Shown: positions 29,031-38,591 of the stretch, piece by piece
Position numbering within the stretch: the stretch's first letter is position 1
How the letters are laid out: every line of letters begins with the position of its first letter
NCBI GenBank assembly: GCA_963840035.1
Contig: CAWIXE010000003.1
Coordinates: 128,001 to 192,000 of the forward strand
From: a candidate division FCPU426 bacterium
GTDB lineage: Bacteria; Oederibacteriota; PGYV01; Palsa-1178
DNA length: 64,000 bases
Reading direction: 5' to 3'
Notes under the pieces: generated by a model
What the model saw: the letters and a program-made list of their open reading frames with translations, nothing else
Database searches by the model: none
What the model was told of the DNA's origin: nothing
Position numbers and translations under genes: made by a program

Positions 29031-30063
29031 TGCCTTCGATTTCCTCAAATGCAGGCTCTTTACTGTGCTGCTTTTACTAATTTTACCCGGCCTCCTCACT
29101 GCCTCCGGCGGTGACGCTTTCGCGTTTTTAAAGCATGGCGCCGGCGCCAGGGCCATGGCTATGGGCGGCGCGTACGCGTCGGCATGCTCGGATTCCTCAG
29201 CGCTTTATTATAACCCGGGAGGGACGGTAAGGCTCTCAGGGCTCGAGCTCATGGCTGAAACAGAGGTCTTAAGCATGGGCCGCTCGCTTAATTATGTCGC
29301 TACTGCCGCGCCATTTACCGTATCCGGGAATATTTACGCCGTGGGTTTCGGGTGGATAAATTATTCAGCCGGCAATGACCTTGAAAAAAGGCTTACTGAC
29401 TCTCCTTTGCCTGATTCGACATTTTCCGACAATTCAAACGTATTCATATTTAACGTAGCGACAAAACTCTCCGACAGACTTTCACTTGGGGCTAATTTCA
29501 AACTATTTTACGGAAACATACTTACATACAAAGGTACCGGGGTGGGATTTGACATTGGCGGGCTGCTGGATATATGGCAGGGAGTGCGCGCGGCGGTGGC
29601 AGTATCAAACATCAGCACAAACATAACATGGAACAATTCCCCTTATTCGGAAACAGTACCGGTCGTGGCGGCAGGAGGCATTTCTTGGGAAGCTAAAAAC
29701 GCTTTTAACGCGAAGGGCTTTGACATCCTAACAGCGGCTGACCTGGTTTATAACGCTTTTTCAGGTTTCAAACTGCGGCTTGGCGCGGAATTTGAAGGCA
29801 ACGACTTTGTCAGCGCTAGGATAGGCTGGAATAACGGGGTAACAGCGGGCTTAGGGCTGAAGCTTAAGCCCTCGGAGGTGCTTTCCGTTAAGATTGATTA
29901 CACATTTATGACTGACCAGATAGAGCCGGGCGCTTTCAACCACAGGATAGGCGCCTGTGTGTCGTACGGTGTGCCGCCTGCAAGGATTGAGCATAAGGAC
30001 AAGACCCCGGAGCCGGCGGCAACAGGGTCCAAACAGACAAAGGACGACGAATATGGGTGGTAG
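28951..30063 (+). CDS. PorV/PorQ-like outer-membrane beta-barrel
   Basis: FLKHGAGARAMAMGGAY...ALYYNPGG, GVGFDIGGL, amphipathic beta strands. Confidence 0.8.
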   Translation: MKTKEIAAKVVDVFFAFILTPVSSLLSAFDFLKCRLFTVLLLLILPGLLTASGGDAFAFLKHGAGARAMAMGGAYASACSDSSALYYNPGGTVRLSGLELMAETEVLSMGRSLNYVATAAPFTVSGNIYAVGFGWINYSAGNDLEKRLTDSPLPDSTFSDNSNVFIFNVATKLSDRLSLGANFKLFYGNILTYKGTGVGFDIGGLLDIWQGVRAAVAVSNISTNITWNNSPYSETVPVVAAGGISWEAKNAFNAKGFDILTAADLVYNAFSGFKLRLGAEFEGNDFVSARIGWNNGVTAGLGLKLKPSEVLSVKIDYTFMTDQIEPGAFNHRIGACVSYGVPPARIEHKDKTPEPAATGSKQTKDDEYGW

Positions 30064-31174
30064 GAAAAAACTTCTTTTTCTGGAATATTTTCCATTCATG
30101 GGCGGAGGACAGGCGGTACTGCTTAACATCATCAGGTATTTAAAAAAAGAGTATGATGTGGAAGCCCTTATATTTAACCGCGGACTCATAGAACCGGAAC
30201 TGAAAAAAACGGGTATAAAAACGCACCATATCCAGGCGCCGGAAAAGGTCAAATACAGGTACATTGATAAATACATCCCCTTTTATAAGAAACTGACGGA
30301 TTTTCTCAAATCCGGGAAATATGACCTCGTATATTCCGGCGGAATGTTTGCCACAAAACTCGCGGCCCCGGCTTGTTTTTTTCTGAAGGTGCCGCTTATC
30401 TGGCACAAACAGCTGATAATTGAAAAAGGATATTTTTCATATAACGCCTCGCAGGCAAGGCTGTTGTCAAATTTTACATCAAAGATAATCTGCGTATCTG
30501 ACGCGTCCAGGGAATCCATGATAAAGTCCGGGGTAAATCCGAAAAAACTTGTGACAGTGCATAATGGGGTTGAAATCCATAAAGCCAAAGGCCAAAGGCT
30601 GAGGATAAGGGATAAGTATAAGGTTAAGGGTGATTTTGTATGCGGGACAGTGTGCATATTCAGGCAGAACAAAGGGCTTGAACTGCTTGTAAAAGCCGCG
30701 GGGATAATAGAAAAACAAAACAAAAAAATAAAGTTCATGCTCGTGGGCAAAGCCGATAAGGGCCAGGAAGGTTATGAAATGGAAATAAGGGAAAGCGTAA
30801 AACGAAGAGGGCTTAGGAACTTCATTTTTGCAGGATACGGAGATAAATTTGATTTCATGCCCGGGTTTGACCTGTACGTAATGTCCTCGCCCAATGAGCC
30901 ATTCGGACTGGTGACCATAGAAGCCATGTCGCTGGGAATACCGGTTGTGGGTTTTAACAAAGGCGGCACAGGGGAAATAGTGACGGATGGCAGGGACGGG
31001 CTTCTTGCCAAAGAAATCAGCGCAGAGGCGCTTGCCGGAAAGATAATGAAAGCTTATAATGATAAAAAGAAGATGAAGGCGATGGGGAAAGAGGCGATGA
31101 AGACGGTAATGTCGAAGTTTAATATAGAAAAGCAGATGTGCGAAATAAAGAGCATTATAGAAGGACAAATATAG
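30053..31174 (+). CDS. Glycosyltransferase family 4
   Basis: GGGQ, VHNGV, KG, EPFGLVTIEAMSLGIPVV. Confidence 0.92.
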   Translation: MGGRKKLLFLEYFPFMGGGQAVLLNIIRYLKKEYDVEALIFNRGLIEPELKKTGIKTHHIQAPEKVKYRYIDKYIPFYKKLTDFLKSGKYDLVYSGGMFATKLAAPACFFLKVPLIWHKQLIIEKGYFSYNASQARLLSNFTSKIICVSDASRESMIKSGVNPKKLVTVHNGVEIHKAKGQRLRIRDKYKVKGDFVCGTVCIFRQNKGLELLVKAAGIIEKQNKKIKFMLVGKADKGQEGYEMEIRESVKRRGLRNFIFAGYGDKFDFMPGFDLYVMSSPNEPFGLVTIEAMSLGIPVVGFNKGGTGEIVTDGRDGLLAKEISAEALAGKIMKAYNDKKKMKAMGKEAMKTVMSKFNIEKQMCEIKSIIEGQI

Positions 31175-31194
31175 GTTTTAGACAGAAATAGTAC

Positions 31195-31280
31195 TTACCC
31201 CTCTCCTTCTTAGGAGAGGGGCTGGGGTGAGGTGAATAAAGCGTCCCTCACCCTACCCTCTCTCCCCCGCAAGGGGGGAC
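31195..31280. repeat. CCCTCTCC..GGAGAGGG hairpin-repeat doublet
   Basis: ccctctccttcttaggagagggg ctggggtgagg ... ccctcaccctaccctctctcccccgcaagggggga; related copies at 34336-34466, 58790-58826 and 58995-59033. Confidence 0.75.
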
Positions 31281-31334
31281 TTTAAATAGCCGGGGGGATA
31301 GCGATAAAAATACGATAAAAACACAGAGGCAAAT

Positions 31335-32159
31335 ATGAAACTATCGGTTGTTATTATAACAAAGAATGAAGAGCGAATCATCTCCCGCTGCCTTGACGCT
31401 GTAAAATGGGCGGACGAGATAATCATAGCTGATTCAGGCAGCACGGATAGGACGCTTGAGATAGCAAAGCGCTTCAAAGCTAAAATTTTCAAGAAAACCT
31501 GGGCAGGATACTCAAAACAGAAGAATTTTGCCATATCAAAAGCCAAAGGCGACTGGATACTATCCCTGGACGCCGACGAGATAGTCACCCCGGAACTTAA
31601 GGATGAAATATACCGGGTGATAGCCCCGAAGACACCTTTAAATGGACAATCGACAATTGATAATCGTAAATCAGCATTAAACGGCTATTTCATCCCGCGT
31701 AAGACCTACTTTTACGGCCATCTCATGCGGTTCGGCAATACATACCCTGACAGCCAGATGAGGTTGTTTAAAAAGGGTAAGGCGAGTTTTGAGGAAACAG
31801 ACATCCATGAAAGGGCTGTTGTGGAAGGACAGGCCGGAGAGCTTAAAAATTCCATGCTGCATTATTCAAAAACAGATATAGCCTCGCATATAAGCGCGAT
31901 AAATTCATACACTGAACTTGAGGTAAAAAAGGCAATTAAGGCGGGTTACAGGCCGACAGGTTATTCAGTTTTGATAAAACCATTGCTCTATTTTATGAAG
32001 CATTATATTTGGAAGGCAGGTTTTTTGGACGGGGTACCGGGGTTCATTTATTATAATATTAACGCCATGTATATATTCATCAGGGAAGTAAAGATAATGG
32101 AAGCGCTGGGTATGTCAAAAATTAATCTTTTAGGGACTATCTTAAAGAGGGCTAAATAA
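31335..32159 (+). CDS. Glycosyltransferase family 2 (WaaE/KdtX-like)
   Basis: LSVVIITKNEE, DSGSTDRT, QKNFA, LDADE, IHE. Confidence 0.92.
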   Translation: MKLSVVIITKNEERIISRCLDAVKWADEIIIADSGSTDRTLEIAKRFKAKIFKKTWAGYSKQKNFAISKAKGDWILSLDADEIVTPELKDEIYRVIAPKTPLNGQSTIDNRKSALNGYFIPRKTYFYGHLMRFGNTYPDSQMRLFKKGKASFEETDIHERAVVEGQAGELKNSMLHYSKTDIASHISAINSYTELEVKKAIKAGYRPTGYSVLIKPLLYFMKHYIWKAGFLDGVPGFIYYNINAMYIFIREVKIMEALGMSKINLLGTILKRAK

Positions 32160-32173
32160 TGTTGTATTGAATT

Positions 32174-32203
32174 GGTAGCCGCAACCGTTAGGTTGCGGCT
32201 ACC
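32174..32203. repeat. GTAG palindrome, possibly a bidirectional terminator
   Basis: ggtagccgcaacc gtta ggttgcggctacc between convergent genes; partial copy at 45836. Confidence 0.75.
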
Positions 32204-32242
32204 AGGGTTCTATTTGTAATTGGTCATTAGTAATTAGTAATT

Positions 32243-34066
32243 CTATTTTAAAAGGCTCTTATAAACTTCCCCGGCAATAGGCGCGGCAATCGTCATTCCT
32301 TTTCCCTCACCGTCGCACAATATGGCCATCGCGTACTCGGGCTTGTCTGCGGGCGCGAACGAAATGAACCAGGCGTTTAATGAGGTCTTGCCGCCTGAGG
32401 TGCCTGTTTTTCCCGCTATTGAAATGCCCTTTACCTGGGCTTTTTTTCCTATGCCTTCCTCAACTGTCTTTACCATCAGCGCAGTCATTTTCAGGGCTGT
32501 TGCCGGAGATATGCATCTCTTGGCCTCGGTCGGTACTGACTGGTATATAACCTTGCCGTTAATATTGCGGATCTCTTTTACTATGTACGGATTCATCATG
32601 ACACCCGAATTCGCGATAGCCGCCGCAAGAAGTGAAGCGTGAAGCGGTGTGATGGTATATGTGGTCTTGTCAGGGAGGGAAAGTCCGCACGCGTGCATGG
32701 CTGTTTCATAATCGTTCTTATCGTTTTCAGGCGCGATGGATTCTTTTACCGGTATGGATATGGGGACATTGCGTGTTTTGTCGGTAAAACCCAGGTCGAA
32801 AATATGGCCGAAACCAAACTTCTGGTTGTATTCATTCAGCGTAGGCGAACCTATCGCAAAACCGATTTTAGCGCAACCGATGTTGCAGGATTCCTCAATG
32901 GTCTGTTCAATTGATTTGACCCTGCCGTGTTTCTGCGAGCACCAGAAGGTCTGGCCGTTATATGTGGTGGAACCGTTGCACCTTAATGGAAATATTTCTT
33001 TCTCATTTATCCCGTGCTCGTACGCGGATCCGATGGTAATAACCTTGGCTATGGAACCGGGCTCGTAGAGCTTGTCTATGGCGCGGTTTAAAAGAGGCCT
33101 GTTCTCGTTATCCACAACTTTCCACCAGTCTTTTTCTATGGTGTTGGGCCTGTATGTCGGCTGGCTGTAGAGCCCGAGGATTTCCCCTGTGGACGGGCGT
33201 ATGACAACAATGGCTCCCTTATACCAACCCATGGCGCGGGAAATGGCTTCCTGTACGCGCGTGTCTATGGTCAGGTATATTTTATTTCCCGGGATGTATT
33301 CGCCAAGGTATTTTTCGAGGCCTTCGGAGCGCTGATGCCTTTCGCTTACAAAGCCTGTGATATGGGCGGTTTTTTGGTCCATCATGTAAGTGCGTTTTGT
33401 GTCGGACTTAATGAGATTATATCTCGCGAGCGGTTCGCCGTTTGCGTCAAAGAGGTAATACATGGCGCCCTTATTGCGGTCCTCTTCGGCAAGCGAGAGG
33501 TTCTTCCTGGCCTTGGTGAGTTTGGTGTTGTATGTAAGGGCCTTGTTATAATAGTTGATGGCGGAATCCAGGTTGCCCGCGGCGTGTTCGCAGCAGCCGA
33601 GCCCGTAAAGCGTCTCAGGGTCAGTGGGATTTAACTTTATTGACTGGCCGTATTCCACGGCTGCATTTTTATACAGCCCCAGGTCCAGGTACATGGAGGC
33701 GTATTTTTCGTGGTCTATGGGCCCCTTTTTCTTTAAACCCGCGGCAAGGGCGTCCACGTAGTATTTCTGAGCTTTTTCAAAGTCGTTCTGCCTGACAGCG
33801 ATCAGTCCAAGCCCGTCCAGGGCGTCCGCGCCGTTTGGCTTGATGTTCAAGGCTTTATTGAAGTCTGACATGGCATAAGGGATACGCCCCTTTTTAAAGT
33901 TGGAAATTCCGCTTGAAATGGCAAGGTAATAGCGCAGGTTTTCCCCTGAAAACTTAAAAACAGCCACAAGTATGGCTACAGCCGCGATGGATAAAAGAAT
34001 CCACTGCCACCTTTTTCTTTTATAATAGTGCTTTGAAGAAAGATGTCCGATAGGGTTGAGTCTCAT
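32243..34066 (-). CDS. TPR-repeat + penicillin-binding transpeptidase (PbpA-like)
   Basis: TM anchor, about 4 TPRs, then SIAK (SxxK), SCN (SxN) and KTG. Confidence 0.88.
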   Translation of the reverse strand: MRLNPIGHLSSKHYYKRKRWQWILLSIAAVAILVAVFKFSGENLRYYLAISSGISNFKKGRIPYAMSDFNKALNIKPNGADALDGLGLIAVRQNDFEKAQKYYVDALAAGLKKKGPIDHEKYASMYLDLGLYKNAAVEYGQSIKLNPTDPETLYGLGCCEHAAGNLDSAINYYNKALTYNTKLTKARKNLSLAEEDRNKGAMYYLFDANGEPLARYNLIKSDTKRTYMMDQKTAHITGFVSERHQRSEGLEKYLGEYIPGNKIYLTIDTRVQEAISRAMGWYKGAIVVIRPSTGEILGLYSQPTYRPNTIEKDWWKVVDNENRPLLNRAIDKLYEPGSIAKVITIGSAYEHGINEKEIFPLRCNGSTTYNGQTFWCSQKHGRVKSIEQTIEESCNIGCAKIGFAIGSPTLNEYNQKFGFGHIFDLGFTDKTRNVPISIPVKESIAPENDKNDYETAMHACGLSLPDKTTYTITPLHASLLAAAIANSGVMMNPYIVKEIRNINGKVIYQSVPTEAKRCISPATALKMTALMVKTVEEGIGKKAQVKGISIAGKTGTSGGKTSLNAWFISFAPADKPEYAMAILCDGEGKGMTIAAPIAGEVYKSLLK

Positions 34067-34196
34067 TATAATAATCCTCCTGAAAAATGCGTTATTTAAA
34101 ATCAGCGCTTATAATAACATAATATGGGGGAATTGTAAAACGTATTTGATTTTCAATTTTGAATTTTCGATTTTCAATTATTGGCGGGACCGCCTG

Positions 34197-34286
34197 TGTA
34201 GCGGGCGCATAATATGCGCCCGGTTTTTGGCTCTTGTATAGCGTAGTTCCTATCTGGTATTTGTAGGGGCGATTCACAAATCGCCC
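34197..34286 (+). repeat. 90-bp composite REP direct repeat, left copy
   Basis: 76/90 identical by manual alignment to 36733-36822. Confidence 0.85.
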
Positions 34287-34613
34287 ATAGGGCGGCAAAG
34301 AAACTGTCTTTAATTGTGTAAATTCGGGACCGGACTCCTCCCCTCTCCCTCTATGGGAGAGGGCTAGGGAGAGGGTGCCGTAGAGGCAATCCGGCTTTCG
34401 GTAGAGATATGTATTGCCGATACCTCACCCCCATCCCGTCCTTCCCCCTTCGAGGGGGAAGGGGGTACTAATAAATGCCAACATATAGTTGATGTATTAA
34501 TCTATTGTTATAAATTTATACACAATTATAAACAATAACGGCGGCAAATGGCGGATTGAATGTCGCCTTTGAATAGTGTAAGATGTCCATATTAAGGAGG
34601 GTTAACAGGACAA

Positions 34614-35804
34614 ATGCGAAAATTGACCATATTACTTGCCATTTTATTTATTTTCACCGGATGTGTTGATCACGGACATCCAACTGAGCCTGACGTCAGG
34701 CTGAAAATACTGAAAACTGTCAGTTTGAAAGCTGAAGCGGATGTCGGCATGATGATAAACGACACAGACGGCGGTTATCTTATAGCCGGCAGCCTGCTGA
34801 ATTCGGCCGTTGATAAAGGTTTCATAGTAAAGACAGATGATAAAGGGAATAAAGTTTGGGTTAAATATTATCCTAACGCAATACAATATTTTAAAAAGAA
34901 CAATAGCGCGGGTTATCTGCTGGCTGAATACGGGGCAACGGGATGCAAAATATACATCACGGATGATAACGCGGATATTCAGCAAACCGTAGTTTACAGC
35001 GGCTATTTCTCACAGGATCCGGGTTTTTTTGCCGAAAAAACGGGGGATAATAATTTTGTCATCTCGGCGCTCAGAAAATTCGCCGATGGCGGCTATGACG
35101 GCCTTTATGAAATGTATATAGCAAAGGTCAACCCTTCCGGAAGCGTTATTTGGGAGTATAATCTTGTAACCTCAAATTCCATGGAATGTCAGGCAACCGC
35201 CCCGGCCAATGACGGCGGGTATTATGTTGCCGTTAATAACAAAACTTACGTTTCACCTATTACATATATGCCGGGGCCTGTAAATTTATTAAAAATAAGC
35301 GGCGCCGGCGCTGTTCTATGGACAAATAATTCCTTAACCGGCGCAGACGCCATGTTGACCGCGATGTGCCTTAAAGAAAACGTGGACGGCACTATAATAA
35401 CCGTCTGTCAGAGTTTCCTCTCAATAATAAATGTAAAAACCGACAGTTCAGGGAATGTTGTCGATACAAAACCGACCCCCCCGAGGGAGGTAAATTTTTG
35501 GGGAGTCCTGAACCAGGCAATAATCACGCAAAATAATGTAACGCTGATGGCCGCGACAAATTATCACAATTACTCCGGGGGACCTAATGAAGAAGAGGCT
35601 GTCGTGGGTTTTGTGGATGAAAATGTCGTTAACTTCTGGCAAAACATAACAGGCGGAAAAGGAATGGACGGCGCGAAATCTGTCGTTCTGAGCCTGGATG
35701 GATTGTATGTAGTATCCGCAGGCAACACTGCCTCGTTCTCCGCGACAGGCATGAGCGAGGTTTATATTTCAGAGATGGATACATCCGGCAGGTTCATATG
35801 GTGA
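34614..35804 (+). CDS. Lipoprotein with repeated beta-rich modules
   Basis: Lipobox IFTG-C; repeated DGGY.. / K.D..G...W units. Confidence 0.75.
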   Translation: MRKLTILLAILFIFTGCVDHGHPTEPDVRLKILKTVSLKAEADVGMMINDTDGGYLIAGSLLNSAVDKGFIVKTDDKGNKVWVKYYPNAIQYFKKNNSAGYLLAEYGATGCKIYITDDNADIQQTVVYSGYFSQDPGFFAEKTGDNNFVISALRKFADGGYDGLYEMYIAKVNPSGSVIWEYNLVTSNSMECQATAPANDGGYYVAVNNKTYVSPITYMPGPVNLLKISGAGAVLWTNNSLTGADAMLTAMCLKENVDGTIITVCQSFLSIINVKTDSSGNVVDTKPTPPREVNFWGVLNQAIITQNNVTLMAATNYHNYSGGPNEEEAVVGFVDENVVNFWQNITGGKGMDGAKSVVLSLDGLYVVSAGNTASFSATGMSEVYISEMDTSGRFIW

Positions 35805-36601
35805 AAAGGATAATAAGCATATTCATTTTTATTTTATTTATGCCGGGAATATACGCGATGAATTTTTTGGAAGCTGACGCGGGATACGGCGGCCTTTCCA
35901 TGAAAGATTATAACGCGAGTATGTCGGCTTATGACCGTTTTAATTCCGTATACGGATCCTCCGCGTCTATAAATCCGGTAAAGCAGGCGGGTATTTTTTC
36001 TCTGACGCTTTTTGAAGGCGGCGAAGCCGGGCCGGGCATGATGTTCTTTTACCTGCGCGGCAGCCATACGCCTTTCTCGGGAACAAGGAATGTGTTTTAT
36101 GACAGCGGAGGGCCGATGCTTTCCATGAAAGATGATTTTTTTGCGTTCTATTTCGCCCCGGGATTAAGGTATTACTTCGGAAAAAAAAGTAATGTGTTTA
36201 CAGCGATTCCGTTCATAGGCCTGGACATTGGTTATGTGTATTGCCCCACTGAAACAACAATAAAGGCGTTTTATTATGACGGGTCAGAGATGTGGACAAA
36301 CAAATATATGTCGGATTCCGCCCTTTTTGGGTGTACTTTTGAAGCGGGGTATGGCTTTAATATTAATGAAGAGTACGGCATAGAAATAAAGGCAGGCTAC
36401 AGACTGCAAAAAGGAGCCCTGGGCAAACTCAGATACAGCGGAACACTCCCGTACCCTGACAGCAGGGACGAAATAATCTTTTATGATGGTTATACGTATG
36501 ACATAGACGCAAGCGGCTTTTTTATATCCGCGGGAATCACGATATATAATCCTGAAATAAATACCGGCGAGGATAATAAAGCCGGCGATACTAAGCAATA
36601 A
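35798..36601 (+). CDS. Exported outer-membrane beta-barrel-like protein
   Basis: Signal peptide, alternating aromatic beta strands (GLRYYF, PFIGLDIGY, IKAGYR, FFISAGITI). Confidence 0.65.
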   Translation: MVKRIISIFIFILFMPGIYAMNFLEADAGYGGLSMKDYNASMSAYDRFNSVYGSSASINPVKQAGIFSLTLFEGGEAGPGMMFFYLRGSHTPFSGTRNVFYDSGGPMLSMKDDFFAFYFAPGLRYYFGKKSNVFTAIPFIGLDIGYVYCPTETTIKAFYYDGSEMWTNKYMSDSALFGCTFEAGYGFNINEEYGIEIKAGYRLQKGALGKLRYSGTLPYPDSRDEIIFYDGYTYDIDASGFFISAGITIYNPEINTGEDNKAGDTKQ

Positions 36602-36732
36602 CTTGAATACTACAGCCGGAAAGTCACTGTAGTAGTTGGTTTAAAGGCGTTAATTTTTGCATGGTGGCTTGTCTTGAGGGCCGGTACATGTGGATGCTGG
36701 GTTTTGACTCTGAATCGTGCAAATCCCGTCCT

Positions 36733-36822
36733 TGTAGCAGGCGCATATTATGCGCCCGGTTATATGCACTTGTGCAGCGTATTCCAGATCTGGCATTTGT
36801 AGGGGCGATTCACGAATCGCCC
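36733..36822 (+). repeat. 90-bp composite REP direct repeat, right copy
   Basis: Matches 34197-34286. Confidence 0.85.
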
Positions 36823-37043
36823 GCCTTGGTCGGCATTGAATGAATTGTTCCAATATTTCTATTAGTTGTTCTCAAGGATGGGTCTGCGTGTGAGAGGGGG
36901 CAAGCCCCCTCTCTACAAAAACAATTATAATTAGACTTGATTTTATGCAGTTTAAAGGGCATAATTGAAAAAAATAGGGTGGGAGCAACAGGTACGTTTT
37001 AACAGCGTATAAACTGAACCGGCGCTAAGGGAGGGAAATAATC

Positions 37044-37373
37044 ATGAAAAAGAAAACAACTAAAGCGGAAAAACCAATACTGCTCGTAAGCAAGGCAAAG
37101 GAAGCCGCTTACTTTGAGAAAGTCATGAAAAATAAAGAGGCGCAGGAATCCTATGAGGAGGCTGAAGAACTCGGCCATTTTGTAGATCAGGTAAGGGACG
37201 CGATGAAAAGGGAACACCTGACTTATTATGCTGTCGCTAAAAGGGCGGGGATAAGGCATCAGGTGCTTGCCCACCTCTTAAATGAATCACAAAACGCGGA
37301 ATTAAGCACATTAAGGAAAGTGGCGCATGGGGTAGGGGCAAGGCTTCCTTTAAATCTGGTGTTTGATAAGTAG
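37044..37373 (+). CDS. XRE-family HTH protein (HigA-like antitoxin)
   Basis: LTYYAVAKRAGIRHQVLAHL, LSTLRKVAHGVGARL; GGAGG RBS; TTGATT-17 nt-CATAAT promoter at 36937-36965. Confidence 0.75.
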   Translation: MKKKTTKAEKPILLVSKAKEAAYFEKVMKNKEAQESYEEAEELGHFVDQVRDAMKREHLTYYAVAKRAGIRHQVLAHLLNESQNAELSTLRKVAHGVGARLPLNLVFDK

Positions 37374-37663
37374 GGAACGCCATGACCGTTGTCAATGAAT
37401 ATTATACAATGACTTCATATTTACACAAACACTGCATTTCTACACAGAGTCAATATTTGCAGCCTTACTACAATTTTCAATTGGAAATAAAGGTTTCGGA
37501 AGGATAAAAATATGATAAAATTTGTCTATCAAGGGTCTAAAACATGTTAAGCAAAAAATGGGGCAAAATGTCCAAACAATCAAGAATTACTACACCGTCA
37601 TATGCAAAGCTGCGTGTAACCGTCTCTTCTACCTTGTACATGGATATTTTCATGTTGTTGGCT

Positions 37664-38014
37664 TTATTCTTCACGATTAAGATATATAATTTCACAATTT
37701 GATGCTTTTATTGAAATACGTGGTACACCACCTACCCAAGCTGAATTTTTATCATTTTTATGATTCCAAGTACCAATAATAATCCAAATATCATCCCTTA
37801 ACTCGATTTTATAAGGTTTATAGTCATTTAACTCCATTTCAGAATATTTATACGTGTTAATCCAAACTTGTTCTGCAAATGCAATTGCTTGTTCTTTGCT
37901 TAACGGTCCGCATTCCTTTTTTATTTTAATATTATTACAACATGAAAGCAAAAATAGCATTGCTATTAAAAAAACATATTTACTTTTTAACATCAATTTT
38001 ATTTGCTGGATCAT
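37664..38014 (-). CDS. Putative NTF2-fold immunity lipoprotein
   Basis: AGGAGG RBS, lipobox-like LLSC, AIAFAEQ...KPY..L.DDIW...GT...GG...I.I pattern; AT-rich. Confidence 0.6.
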   Translation of the reverse strand: MIQQIKLMLKSKYVFLIAMLFLLSCCNNIKIKKECGPLSKEQAIAFAEQVWINTYKYSEMELNDYKPYKIELRDDIWIIIGTWNHKNDKNSAWVGGVPRISIKASNCEIIYLNREE

Positions 38015-38177
38015 CTTTATTATATCCTCCTGTATTAATTCAGCATTAATTGGACACAAACATACCTGAAATTGCTTAACATTACCCCTGAAATACTCTT
38101 TGGGAGGTAATATATCATGGTTTACCGTAGAAGGCAAGAACGCAAGAGAAATACCACCCGTTAGGCACACCGTAAGT

Positions 38178-38471
38178 GCGGGGTTCGCTTGCGTCACGAC
38201 AAACAAATACCACGGGCGCATAATATGCGCCCGCTACAAGGGCGTCTGTTTTTTGTAGCGGGCGGATATCATCCGCCCGATGAAGGCGGGGTTCGCTTGC
38301 GTCATGACAAACCAGGACCACGGGCGCATAATATGCGCCCGCTACAAGGGCGTCTGTTTTTTGTAGCGGGCGGATATCATCCGCCCGATGAAGGCGGGGT
38401 TCGTTTGCGGCATGACAAAACAAGACCACGGGCGCATAATATGCGCCCGCTACAAGGGCGTCTATTTTTGT
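38178..38471. repeat. Tandem array of 108-bp REP-doublet units (about 2.7 copies)
   Basis: Units start at 38178, 38286 and 38394; each has gggcgcataatatgcgcccgctac, and the two full units also have gtagcgggcggatatcatccgccc. Confidence 0.92.
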
Positions 38472-38591
38472 TGTGGATTTACAACAATAGAATCCAGAAT
38501 CAGGAATCGGCTATCCCTTCTTATTGACTTTATCCGTATTATTGATATAATAAGGAAGTACAAAAAGTTGAAGAGCTGAACCGGAGGAATA

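Noticed and set aside
38178..38471. Possible CRISPR array
   Set aside because: The 108-bp units are almost wholly identical, there are no unique spacers and there are no cas genes; it is a REP-doublet tandem.
38115..38527. Repetitive ORFs on both strands, and the long N-terminus of ORF 37664-38221
   Set aside because: These arise because the 108-bp repeat is a multiple of 3; the real gene probably starts at 38014 behind AGGAGG.
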